The notes below the pieces were generated by a model. The model worked only from the letters and a program-made list of their open reading frames with translations, had not been told where the DNA came from and ran no database searches. Positions 18,514 to 27,019 of a stretch of 64,000 bases of DNA are shown in pieces; the stretch's first letter is position 1, and each line of letters starts with the position of its first letter. The stretch is from Nitrospirota bacterium. GTDB lineage: Bacteria > Nitrospirota > UBA9217. The position numbers and the translations under genes were made by a program. The stretch is from positions 107,680-171,679 of the forward strand of contig CAVUCU010000003.1 of the NCBI GenBank assembly GCA_963740085.1, read 5' to 3'.

Positions 18514-19918
18514 TGTTCTTCTCCTCTATTTTATAAGCGGGGAGCTTGATGGTAAAGGTGGTGCCCACGCCGACCTTGCTCTCGACCCTGATCTCGCCCT
18601 TATGATTTTTTATGATGCCATAACTGACTGACAGGCCCAGGCCCGTCCCCCCTTCTCCCTTGGTGCTGAAAAAAGGATCGAAAATATGGGGGAGAAATTC
18701 GGGTGCTATGCCCTTGCCCGTGTCCGCGACACCTATCTCAATGGAATTTCCGCTCTTTCCCGGCCTCGTGGTAAGCACGAGCCTGCCGCCGGCGGTCATG
18801 GACTGAACCGCATTGGTGATCAGGTTCACCAGGACCTGCTGAATCTGGCTTTCATCCACGAACACCGGGGGCAGACCGTCGGCAAAATGGAGCGAGGTCT
18901 CAATGTTCGACACGTCGATCATATTCTGCACAAGGGTGAGCGTCTTCTGTATCACCGCGTTGATGTCCGCCTTGTTCGGGTTCGCATCCTTGGGCTTTGA
19001 AAAATCAAGCAGGTTCTTCACGATCTTCCGTATCCGCTCCGTCTCAGCATCAACCTTAGTCATGAACTCGATCCGGTCACGCTCGCCGAGCTTTGGATAC
19101 AACTCTGCGTAGGTCTGTGCGATCATCGATATATTGTTGAGCGGGTTGGTGATTTCATGGGCCACGCCCGCGGTCAGAATGCCGAGCGAGGCGAGCTTCT
19201 TGGACTGGATGATTTCCTCCTCGCGGTGCGCCAGCTCCTCGGACATCGAGTTCACCGCATTGATGAGCGAGCCAAGCTCGTCTTCATACACTGCTCCCTC
19301 AATCTTGTTGAAATTCCCATGGGAGATCGATTTCGCAAGCTTTTCGATCTCCCGAAGGGAACGCACGATCTTCTGGGAGATGAAATGGCCGATCAGGAGT
19401 GCCGAAACGAGTATCGCCCAGAACAGGAGGATGAGTATCCGCTTCGAACTCAGGATGATGTCGTTCACCCGTTTCCGTTCAAGGTGGGTGATCGAATCGG
19501 AAAATTCCTTCAGTTTTTTCCCTTCGGCCCTGATCCGGACTTCCATCTGCGGATCTCCCGGGGTGCCTCTCGCCGCCAGGTCAACAGTGGCAGAATAGGC
19601 CTTCAGACGCGACTCCAGCGTATCCAGGTCGGTATTGCCGATCGCCCGGATGATGTCCTCGCGCACTTCTCCGATAGTATCCATGGTTTTCGTGATACTC
19701 TCGCGTATCGCCGGGAGCGCCTTGTTGTCCTTGTAAAGAAAATAGTTTTTCTCCGAAAGCCTCATTTCCAAGAAAGACGCATTGAGGTCATCGGCGATCT
19801 CCACGAACCGGAGCTTCGTGAGAACAAGGCTCATGTTCTGAAAGGCGAAGAAACCGATCAGGATGATGAATGCCCCGTTGATGACATTGGAAACGATGAG
19901 TTTGTTTTCTATCTTCAT
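18506..19918 (-). CDS. Sensor histidine kinase (2 TM, HAMP, HisKA, HATPase_c)
   Basis: 470 aa. H-box GVAHEITNPLNNI, N-box LVNLITNAVQ, G-boxes DTGKGI and GTGLGLS. Confidence 0.85.
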   Translation of the reverse strand: MKIENKLIVSNVINGAFIILIGFFAFQNMSLVLTKLRFVEIADDLNASFLEMRLSEKNYFLYKDNKALPAIRESITKTMDTIGEVREDIIRAIGNTDLDTLESRLKAYSATVDLAARGTPGDPQMEVRIRAEGKKLKEFSDSITHLERKRVNDIILSSKRILILLFWAILVSALLIGHFISQKIVRSLREIEKLAKSISHGNFNKIEGAVYEDELGSLINAVNSMSEELAHREEEIIQSKKLASLGILTAGVAHEITNPLNNISMIAQTYAELYPKLGERDRIEFMTKVDAETERIRKIVKNLLDFSKPKDANPNKADINAVIQKTLTLVQNMIDVSNIETSLHFADGLPPVFVDESQIQQVLVNLITNAVQSMTAGGRLVLTTRPGKSGNSIEIGVADTGKGIAPEFLPHIFDPFFSTKGEGGTGLGLSVSYGIIKNHKGEIRVESKVGVGTTFTIKLPAYKIEEKNNE

Positions 19919-19936
19919 GACAATGATCCGGCCGTA

Positions 19937-21166
19937 TTACATCGGCACGGGACACCGCGGGATCTCCGCCTGCTCCTTTCTGACCGGCAAATACCACAGG
20001 AGGCCGTCCACGGCCATGAACACCCCCGCCGCGATAAGCAGTGAATCGAAGACCGTCAGAAAACTGAACCCGAAATAATGCATTAGCCCGAACCCGACCG
20101 TGGTAAACGAAACACCGGTACGAATAAATGCCAGTCCTGTCCTCGCTCGCGCATAGATCGTCCGGTAGCAGGCGGCCACGGTCCGCTGGGCCGCGAGCAC
20201 ATTACGCTCGCGCGCCAGATGCGTGCGTTCCCTGCTGGCCGGCGAAGGAAAGAGGATAGTGCAGTGACCGCCGAGACAATCGCCAAGCCGGGCGAGCATG
20301 GTCCCCTTCGTCGGTGATGCGACCACGCACTGATCGAGATAATGGTAGTTATCAAGGAACTGGAGCGTCGCCGCGGTCACCTCGATAAGCGTCTGGTGCC
20401 CGGGCTTTTTTATCCTGGTTCTCCTTACGTTTAAATACCCTGTCAGACCGAAAACGCCCAGCGAGATGCCGGCCGCGATCATCAACCAGTATACGGGCGT
20501 CATCGCGCCGGCAGCATGAGTTCGCATCAGTACGTCTGACAACGCGATAAGACCCAGCCCCCATCTGAGGATGGCAAGTTCGGTGCGGCCCTTTGCCAGG
20601 TCATTGCGGTAGCAGGCCAGCCGCGTTCTCCAGTGAGCCATGGTGTTTCGCCAGAAGGCGAGGCCGGTCCTCTCCGTCCCGATCAGCAATCCGGGTTTTG
20701 CGTGCAGGTAGTCCTGTATGAACCACTGGAGGTCCTCTTCAAGCGCCACCCAGAACTCATACTGTTCGGCCTTGATGGCTTTTCTGACCTCGTCATACAC
20801 ACGCTGATCCTGCGGATCATGCGCTGCGATAATGACGGTTTTCCCGTCATGAATGATCGGGAACCACAGACTGAGGGACAGCCATTCGCCGTCGAGTCCT
20901 GTGAGACATTCGGGGGGTATGGGCATCCTCTCGTCATATTCCACGAAGGGGCACTTGCAGTATTCGGACAAAGCGGCCAGAAGCGTGCTCTTTGGTACGC
21001 CGTACTCGCGAATGAGAATCCCCTCGATGTCGATCCCCCGGGCAACGGCAGCCTGTTCGGCTTGACGCAGCTCATCGTTCGTCAGCACTCCCCAATCCAT
21101 CAGAATGAGAAACCGCCCGGACTGCCGTCCTGATTTCACATCGTTTTGAGTTGTTTTAGAGGTCAT
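19937..21166 (-). CDS. T2SSE_N (MshEN-like) domain protein fused to two DUF202-type membrane repeats
   Basis: The track ORF is 19937..21304. I set the start at ATG 21166 (MTSKTTQND), which overlaps the upstream stop by 11 nt. The N-domain GIDIEGILIREYGVPKSTLLAALSEYCKCPFVEYDE is GspE-N/MshEN-like. The DUF202 motifs are ERTGLAFWRNTMAHWRTRLA and ERNVLAAQRTVAACYRTIYARARTGLAFIRTG. Confidence 0.6.
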   Translation of the reverse strand: MTSKTTQNDVKSGRQSGRFLILMDWGVLTNDELRQAEQAAVARGIDIEGILIREYGVPKSTLLAALSEYCKCPFVEYDERMPIPPECLTGLDGEWLSLSLWFPIIHDGKTVIIAAHDPQDQRVYDEVRKAIKAEQYEFWVALEEDLQWFIQDYLHAKPGLLIGTERTGLAFWRNTMAHWRTRLACYRNDLAKGRTELAILRWGLGLIALSDVLMRTHAAGAMTPVYWLMIAAGISLGVFGLTGYLNVRRTRIKKPGHQTLIEVTAATLQFLDNYHYLDQCVVASPTKGTMLARLGDCLGGHCTILFPSPASRERTHLARERNVLAAQRTVAACYRTIYARARTGLAFIRTGVSFTTVGFGLMHYFGFSFLTVFDSLLIAAGVFMAVDGLLWYLPVRKEQAEIPRCPVPM

Positions 21167-22802
21167 CGTGACTGAATACCGCTTTTTTCCAGGAACTGGA
21201 CAGCGTCCCGTAATCGGGAAGCGTGATCTCCATTTCCCCGTAACAATACGGAAATTGTTTCCTTGTTTTTTCAGCGGGGAGATGCCAGTAAAGCCCGTCG
21301 GCAATAAACAGCAGTCCTGATAGGATCAGCACGACGTCGAATATGGTCCACCAGACATTTCCTGCGCCGAAATAAACCAGCAGTCCCAGGCCCACCGCGG
21401 AGATGCTCATTCCCGTTCTGATGAACGCCATTCCGGTCCGGGACCGGGCCATGACGGTGCGGAGCCGTGCCATCACGTTCCTCCGCTCCGCAAGGAGGGT
21501 CCGTTCCAGGGCAAGACCCGTCGTGGCCCAGATCCCCGGAGAGCGGAACCCCTTCACCGGGGGAAGAGGCGTGCGAATGGTCTCAAACTTTTCGTGTTTA
21601 AACACAGGAGGAAAAACCGCATCCCAAATACTCGGTTTATCCTCCGAGCTTTTTACGACTTGCGAACTTTTTGCGCCGGCGTGACGACCGGGCAGGTACC
21701 AATAGAATCCCTCTGCCACCATGACCATCCCCAGGATGATAAGCACACCGTCAAGTGCAACCCAGAGACCGTCATGATATTGTCTGAACAATGCAATGCC
21801 GATCCCGATAAAGGCGATCCCGGTGCGCGTGAAGGAAAGCCCCGTACGCGCCCGCGCCATGAGCGTACGATAGCATGCAAGGACCGTCCGTTCTTCGGCA
21901 AGGTCCGTCCTGTCGCTCGCCAGAAACCTCCGGCGCATGACCGGAGAGAGTTTGTTCCATCCGCTCCGGAGCTTTTCGGCCTGAGATGCCTCACCGCTGC
22001 GGCTGAAAACCGGGTCATCCCCGGGGTTGGAAACTTGAAGCACGGTCGATCCGCCCGTCGGCTCCGTCGATGAGCAGTCCAGGTGCTTTTTCCCGACAAT
22101 ACGGGCAGGGAGATACCATTTCACGCCGTCTGCCGTCATGAACACACCCGCGACAAAGAGCAGCACCTCGACGACCATGAGATAGCCCACGCCGAAGATT
22201 CGGAAGAGTACCAGGGCGATCGTGATAAAAGAGAGACCGGTCCGCAGGAAGGCAAGCCCCGTTCTCCCCTTCGCCAACGCCGTCCGAAAATAGGAAAGCA
22301 TCGAACGACGGTCGGCGAGAAAGGTCCTCACCTTGGCAAGCGGGGTCCTGCCCGCAGAGGGGGGGAAGCCGGGGTTCAAATCCTGATTGTGCTCTATGAT
22401 CCTGATAAGGTCTGCGGCAAGGGCAACCCGGAACTCAATGTTCTTGACCTGAAGCGTATGCCTGATATCGTCGATCACCTTCGGGTCGTCGGGATAAGAG
22501 GCGATGACCTCGGCCGAATCCTGCTGGACCGACAAGGGCAGCCACAGAACGTGTTTCAGCCTCTCCATATCCATACGCCGCACGACCTGCTGAGAGACGA
22601 TGACACCCTCGTCGTATTCTACAAAAGGCGCGTTATAATATTCCGAGAGACAAAGGAGTATCTCGTGTTTGGGAATATCCGCGGCTCTCAACAGCTCTTC
22701 GAGCGAAGTCCGTGAGAGTTCCGCTTCCCGTATGAGCCGGTCCAGCTCCTCACCGGAGAGAACGCCCCTTTTTATTAACCGTTTAAATTTTTTGCGTTCC
22801 AT
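21156..22802 (-). CDS. T2SSE_N (MshEN-like) domain protein fused to three DUF202-type membrane repeats
   Basis: 548 aa. The N-domain is SLEELLRAADIPKHEILLCLSEYYNAPFVEYDE. There are three repeats of the ERTxLAxxRTxxARxRTGLxFxRTG type, each followed by TM helices. It is a paralog of the next gene. Confidence 0.6.
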   Translation of the reverse strand: MERKKFKRLIKRGVLSGEELDRLIREAELSRTSLEELLRAADIPKHEILLCLSEYYNAPFVEYDEGVIVSQQVVRRMDMERLKHVLWLPLSVQQDSAEVIASYPDDPKVIDDIRHTLQVKNIEFRVALAADLIRIIEHNQDLNPGFPPSAGRTPLAKVRTFLADRRSMLSYFRTALAKGRTGLAFLRTGLSFITIALVLFRIFGVGYLMVVEVLLFVAGVFMTADGVKWYLPARIVGKKHLDCSSTEPTGGSTVLQVSNPGDDPVFSRSGEASQAEKLRSGWNKLSPVMRRRFLASDRTDLAEERTVLACYRTLMARARTGLSFTRTGIAFIGIGIALFRQYHDGLWVALDGVLIILGMVMVAEGFYWYLPGRHAGAKSSQVVKSSEDKPSIWDAVFPPVFKHEKFETIRTPLPPVKGFRSPGIWATTGLALERTLLAERRNVMARLRTVMARSRTGMAFIRTGMSISAVGLGLLVYFGAGNVWWTIFDVVLILSGLLFIADGLYWHLPAEKTRKQFPYCYGEMEITLPDYGTLSSSWKKAVFSHDDL

Positions 22803-22808
22803 AAGGTT

Positions 22809-22817
22809 ATTATACCA
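22809..22817 (-). promoter_or_regulatory. Extended -10 promoter candidate (TGgTATAAT) 6 nt upstream of ATG 22802; possible leaderless mRNA
   Basis: The minus strand reads gaaTGgTATAATaacctt ATG. There is no SD between the box and the ATG. Confidence 0.35.
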
Positions 22818-22870
22818 TTCGGCGGGGAAACAGCCTAACAGAAATGACTTTTCATGACGGAGTTCAAGGT

Positions 22871-22904
22871 CAAAAAGAGATGGAGGCGTTTTTGCGCCTC
22901 CATC
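22871..22904 (-). terminator. Rho-independent terminator downstream of tatA
   Basis: 10-bp stem gatggaggcg / cgcctccatc (22879-22888 and 22895-22904). On the minus strand it is followed by ctcttttt. Confidence 0.65.
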
Positions 22905-23033
22905 ACAAGTGGGATATATGAGCCCTGTTTCAACAATAGTGCGACGACTTATACTTCAGTTTTTCCTCGTGATGGACCTTCATCATTCCAGCTGCAATTT
23001 CCCTTCCGCCGCTGTTCCAGATAATCGTGCCCA

Positions 23034-23216
23034 TCAAGCCTTCATTTTTCCCTTCTGATCCTGCTCGACACCTTCGGTTCTGTCCCGCAAACCCTCTTTA
23101 AAACCCCTGATCGCCTTGCCAAGACCCTCGCCAAGCGCGGGAAGCCTGTTCGGCCCGAAGATCACCAGGGCAATGACCAGAATGACCACCATTTCAGGAA
23201 ATCCAAGGTCTCCCAT
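23034..23216 (-). CDS. tatA: Twin-arginine translocase subunit TatA/E
   Basis: 60 aa. MGDLGFPEMVVILVIALVIFGPNRLPALGEGLGKAIRGFKEGL is the canonical TatA TM plus amphipathic helix. An SD ggagaa lies upstream. The N-terminal extension of track ORF 23034..23399 is rejected. Confidence 0.85.
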   Translation of the reverse strand: MGDLGFPEMVVILVIALVIFGPNRLPALGEGLGKAIRGFKEGLRDRTEGVEQDQKGKMKA

Positions 23217-23275
23217 ATGTTCTCCTTTACCATACCGAAATGAACAATAGTACGAATATTCCGCTTCAAGCCTTT

Positions 23276-23698
23276 TTATACGCTCACGACGTACACCGGA
23301 CACGGCGCCAGGTTGATGACCTTTTCCACAATATGATCGCCGAACAGCCGGCTCAGGATGCCCTTCTTCTTTTTCGATCCCATGATGATGAGGTCGCACT
23401 GCTCTTCTTCCGCGACTTCAACGATCCTCTGCGGGACATCGCCATGTTCAAGTCTCGTCTTGATCAGCGCCCCTTCGGTCTTCGCCATCTCGTGAATCTC
23501 CGAAACGGCCTTTGCACCGCCGTCGTCCAGCACGTCATTCAGGTTCTTGATCCCGGTCAGATCAAGATCGCCGTCGAACGGACGGAGCACCTTCACGACC
23601 GTGATCCAGGTCTTTTCATCCTTGGCCATTTTGATCCCTTGTTCCAGGACCTCTTTATGTCCATTCAAAGCAATAAGTACTTTTCTGTACCCTTTCAT
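23276..23698 (-). CDS. Universal stress protein (single Usp domain)
   Basis: Starts at MKGYRKVLIALNG. The C-terminus DLIIMGSKKKKGILSRLFGDHIVEKVINLAPCPVYVV is the Usp ATP-binding type motif. Confidence 0.8.
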   Translation of the reverse strand: MKGYRKVLIALNGHKEVLEQGIKMAKDEKTWITVVKVLRPFDGDLDLTGIKNLNDVLDDGGAKAVSEIHEMAKTEGALIKTRLEHGDVPQRIVEVAEEEQCDLIIMGSKKKKGILSRLFGDHIVEKVINLAPCPVYVVSV

Positions 23699-23703
23699 TT
23701 TAC

Positions 23704-24567
23704 TCACCTCACTATCAGTATCGGACGGGCGGCATGGGCAATGATCCGTTCCGCAGTACTTCCCATGATCGCCTTGTTCATGCCGCTCCAACCGTGGGTC
23801 CCCATGACGATCAGATCGTTCTTGAACTTGTCGGCGAGTTCAACGATCTTGTCGCTCGCATGGCCTTCCTGAACCACTGCCTTGATCTGTACTCCGAGTC
23901 CGGCTGCGATCTTCTTTGCGCCTTCGAGTATTTTCTCAGCCTCCTGGAAAAGGCTTTTCGTGATGGACTCGGTCTTATAAAAATTCACCATCTCTTCATA
24001 GCGGGGGATTACATAGAGGACCGTGATCTCTCCACCATCGAGCTTGGACAGTTCGCAGGCACGGTCCAGCGCCTTTTTGCTGGACTCGGAGCCATCAAAG
24101 GGGACCAGCAGGGAGCTGTATATCCCGGTGCATCTGGTGCATTCCCTGGTCACCACCAGCACATCGCAGGGTGCGTTCATGATGACCTGTGACGCCACAC
24201 TGCCCATCAGCAGCCGTTTGAGCCCCTTCCGTCCGTAGGTGCCGAGGGCGATAAGGTCGGCCTTCTTCCCGTTGGCCATGTCAACGATAACCTCGGGCGG
24301 CTCGCCCTCGCAGATCATCGACTCAACATTGCCGTTCAGACCGAACTCATCGTGAATGTTATTTTTTGCGGCGAGACAGACGGATGTGCCGAACTCGAAC
24401 CGTTTCTCCATCTGTGAGGGCAGAATGGAGAACTCTTCCTGGTCGAAATAGACCGCATGGATAAGGAAGAGCTTCCCCCCGTGCACCTTTACCCATCGGG
24501 AGGCCTCTTTCAGCGCGGCCTTGCTCGATAGCGACTCGTCATAGCCTACAACAATGGAGTTATACAT
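23704..24567 (-). CDS. Tandem universal stress protein (two Usp domains)
   Basis: 287 aa. It contains two copies of the G-x2-G-x9-G(S/T) region: LIALGTYGRKGLKRLLMGSVASQVIMNAPCDVLVV and LIVMGTHGWSGMNKAIMGSTAERIIAHAARPILIV. Confidence 0.85.
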   Translation of the reverse strand: MYNSIVVGYDESLSSKAALKEASRWVKVHGGKLFLIHAVYFDQEEFSILPSQMEKRFEFGTSVCLAAKNNIHDEFGLNGNVESMICEGEPPEVIVDMANGKKADLIALGTYGRKGLKRLLMGSVASQVIMNAPCDVLVVTRECTRCTGIYSSLLVPFDGSESSKKALDRACELSKLDGGEITVLYVIPRYEEMVNFYKTESITKSLFQEAEKILEGAKKIAAGLGVQIKAVVQEGHASDKIVELADKFKNDLIVMGTHGWSGMNKAIMGSTAERIIAHAARPILIVR

Positions 24568-25403
24568 CAGTGAGAACCTCCACCTTTCTTGAACACCATG
24601 CTTACGCCTACGCCTGCGCCAAGCGCGACGCCGATGGCAAGAAATCCGTAGATCGCCGGGCTGTTCTTCGCCATGGTTGATAACGTCTTGACCATGCCGA
24701 CCTGCTCTACGTTGACCTTTGACTGGGCCTGTTCTACGACTTTATTGTCCTTCACGGCATAGACCGAGACAAGGTAATCGCCGGGCTGGGCCTGGTAGGG
24801 CCAATCGGTGAGGATATAGTATTCCTGCTTTCCGTCCGAGTTCATGGTTGTCTCGATTTTTCCGGACGACGTCGTATACACTTTGGACTCTTCCTTGAAC
24901 TTGACGAACTCATCGAACCATTTTGCCTTCTCTTCCTCGTTCGCGACCGGGGTTATATCCACATGTTTTGCAAGCGCGGGATAGCCGATTACATATTTTT
25001 CCCTTTCTTCGCGGCTCAGGATGTCTTCAACCTTCTTCGTGCTGAAGACCTCGTAGAAGTTGGGGGTCTGATCGAACTTCAGTTTGCCCACGTTCATCCA
25101 CAACACCCCCGCGACCTTGCCCTTCTGCTTCAATACCTGATGCCCTTCGGGAGAGGCTATCTTGATGACCAGGTCCACGCCCGGCTCCGATATGCCCCGC
25201 ACGCTCACCGTGCTGCCATGATAGAAGAAGTCGATGGTAATGTGGTCATGGTTTGCCCTGGCCGTAAGCATGGCCGACGCCGGTTTTGCACCGGCAAGCT
25301 GGAACAGGGAAAACACGAGCATGAGAAGTAACGTGCCCAGGAATCTTGTACTGCCGATGAATCTGGCAAAGTGCATTATGAATGAATGGAGTTGAATATG
25401 CAT
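24567..25403 (-). CDS. Membrane-anchored partner protein of the TauE permease (TIGR02186/Alph_Pro_TM-like, unverified)
   Basis: 278 aa with an N-terminal signal/TM segment, a beta-rich middle and a C-terminal TM (AIYGFLAIGVALGAGVGVSMVF). It lies directly downstream of a DUF81 permease, as I recall for TIGR02186 proteins. An alternative start is 25376. Confidence 0.4.
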   Translation of the reverse strand: MHIQLHSFIMHFARFIGSTRFLGTLLLMLVFSLFQLAGAKPASAMLTARANHDHITIDFFYHGSTVSVRGISEPGVDLVIKIASPEGHQVLKQKGKVAGVLWMNVGKLKFDQTPNFYEVFSTKKVEDILSREEREKYVIGYPALAKHVDITPVANEEEKAKWFDEFVKFKEESKVYTTSSGKIETTMNSDGKQEYYILTDWPYQAQPGDYLVSVYAVKDNKVVEQAQSKVNVEQVGMVKTLSTMAKNSPAIYGFLAIGVALGAGVGVSMVFKKGGGSH

Positions 25404-25404
25404 T

Positions 25405-26331
25405 TTAATGTCCTCCTACTTGAGAGAGAAGTAACGACGGGGTCAATGTAACCTCGAAGACGATCTTGACCGTCACCACGAGCACGATCACCGCGAGGAG
25501 GATCTTGAGCTGTTCGGCCTTGAGCTTCCTGCCGAACACGGTGCCGATCTGCGCCCCTACGGTCGAACCCAGGAGCAGGAGCACGGCGAGCAGGAAGTCC
25601 ACGCTGTGATTGGTGTATGCCTGGAGGAACGTGACCTCGATGCACGTGAACAGGATCTGGAACAGGCTCGTACCGACCACCACGTGCATCGGCATCCTGA
25701 GCAGGTACACCATGATCGGCACCATCAGGAACCCGCCGCCCACGCCCATGATCGCGGCAAGAATGCCGACAAACCCGCCCAGCACGATCGGAACGAACAC
25801 GGAATGAGTGATGCCCGACTTCTCGAAGTGTGTCTGAAGCGGCAGGGATTTCAGGAACCTGCCCATCGCGGATTCTTTTTCTTTCTTCACTTCTTCTCCG
25901 GCCACATCCTTTTTCTTCCTCATGCTCTGGAGGCTCTCGATGAACATGTAGACGCCGACGATGCCGAGCATAAGGATATAGGTAATCTTGATCACGAAAT
26001 CGGCATTGCCCATGGCATGGAGGAGTTTGATGACCTGAACGCCGACGATGCCGCCGATAAATCCGCCGACAAGCAGATACAGCCCCATCTTAAAGTCCAC
26101 GTTCCCCACCCTCCAGTGCGCATAGGTGCCGGACGTGGATGCCGCCACGATCTGGTTGGAATCAGTTGCCGCGGCAACCGTCGATGGTATGCCGAACATG
26201 ATGAGAAGCGGCGTCAAGAGAAATCCGCCGCCTACGCCGAAGAGACCGGAAAGCAGTCCCACGGCCAGCCCGAGCCCAACGGGGATCAGGATATTGATGC
26301 TGGTCAATGCTACAGGTAGATACAGGTACAT
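25405..26331 (-). CDS. TauE/SafE (DUF81) family anion permease
   Basis: 308 aa with two halves of Gly-rich TM helices (GLFGVGGGFLLTPLL and IMGVGGGFLMVPIMVY) separated by a charged loop. Confidence 0.8.
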   Translation of the reverse strand: MYLYLPVALTSINILIPVGLGLAVGLLSGLFGVGGGFLLTPLLIMFGIPSTVAAATDSNQIVAASTSGTYAHWRVGNVDFKMGLYLLVGGFIGGIVGVQVIKLLHAMGNADFVIKITYILMLGIVGVYMFIESLQSMRKKKDVAGEEVKKEKESAMGRFLKSLPLQTHFEKSGITHSVFVPIVLGGFVGILAAIMGVGGGFLMVPIMVYLLRMPMHVVVGTSLFQILFTCIEVTFLQAYTNHSVDFLLAVLLLLGSTVGAQIGTVFGRKLKAEQLKILLAVIVLVVTVKIVFEVTLTPSLLLSQVGGH

Positions 26332-26376
26332 CTCGATAGCTCCTTTTCTTTATTTAAAATTTTTACTGCAAAAACC

Positions 26377-26443
26377 CGCAGAGCCTCTGATTCGGCATGG
26401 AGCAGAGCGCATGAACTCCTGTGCTTTGCTCTCTGCCCTCTGC
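26377..26443. repeat. Intergenic imperfect hairpin of gcagag words (R5)
   Basis: Inner stem gagcagagcgca / tgtgctttgctc (10/12) with loop tgaactcc. The outer arms are gcagagc...ctctgc. Confidence 0.45.
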
Positions 26444-26466
26444 TTTCTACTCTTTGTCCTTCGCTC

Positions 26467-26958
26467 CTACGCCACCGCGCAGGCCTGCCTGGTCATGGTC
26501 ACGATCGGCCGCGACGCTGTCCGCACAAGCCGGCTCAGATCCTTTGAAGTGACGTTCCCTGCCTCGGTAATTGCGGGGCTCAACACGACCTTATCGATAC
26601 CCGCATGTTCCTTGATAAATTTTCTTATGCCTGATATCGCATCCAGACTTGTGGCATGGACATTCGCCTGAATTCCTTCGTTAAGGCATTTTTTCACAAC
26701 AGTGTCTACCTCTTTTTCGTAGATGCCCTTCACGACCTGGGAAGTCATGATCTGTTGCGCCGTATCGTGCTCGCCGGCCTCGGCAAAGCTCACGGCTGTC
26801 ATCATGTTTCCCAACTTATCCATGAGTGAGCTTTGCTTCTGGACGAAAAGGAGCGTGATGTCCTCATACATAGCCTTTGCAAGCTCGATAGCGTACGAAA
26901 CCCCTTCTTCCAAATTTTCATCCCGGAAGGTGACGAACAACAACTGCCTCTTTCCCAT
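26467..26958 (-). CDS. Usp-like (adenine-nucleotide-alpha-hydrolase fold) protein carrying an FAEAGE motif insert
   Basis: 163 aa. QLLFVTFRDENLEEGVSYAIELA...DKVVLSP...RPIVTM is Usp-like. The internal motif is TAVSFAEAGEHDTAQQIM. An SD aggagg lies upstream. Confidence 0.5.
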   Translation of the reverse strand: MGKRQLLFVTFRDENLEEGVSYAIELAKAMYEDITLLFVQKQSSLMDKLGNMMTAVSFAEAGEHDTAQQIMTSQVVKGIYEKEVDTVVKKCLNEGIQANVHATSLDAISGIRKFIKEHAGIDKVVLSPAITEAGNVTSKDLSRLVRTASRPIVTMTRQACAVA

Positions 26959-27001
26959 TTCTCTGCCTCCTTATGAGTAATTGGTTTCTTGCCCTGTACT
27001 A

Positions 27002-27019
27002 TTGCAGTATGAGTGCCAA
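27002..27019 (-). promoter_or_regulatory. Sigma54 (-24/-12) promoter candidate
   Basis: The minus strand reads TTGGCAC-tcata-CTGCA-atag. GG/GC spacing is canonical, and the -12 element is 45 nt upstream of ATG 26958. Confidence 0.6.
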
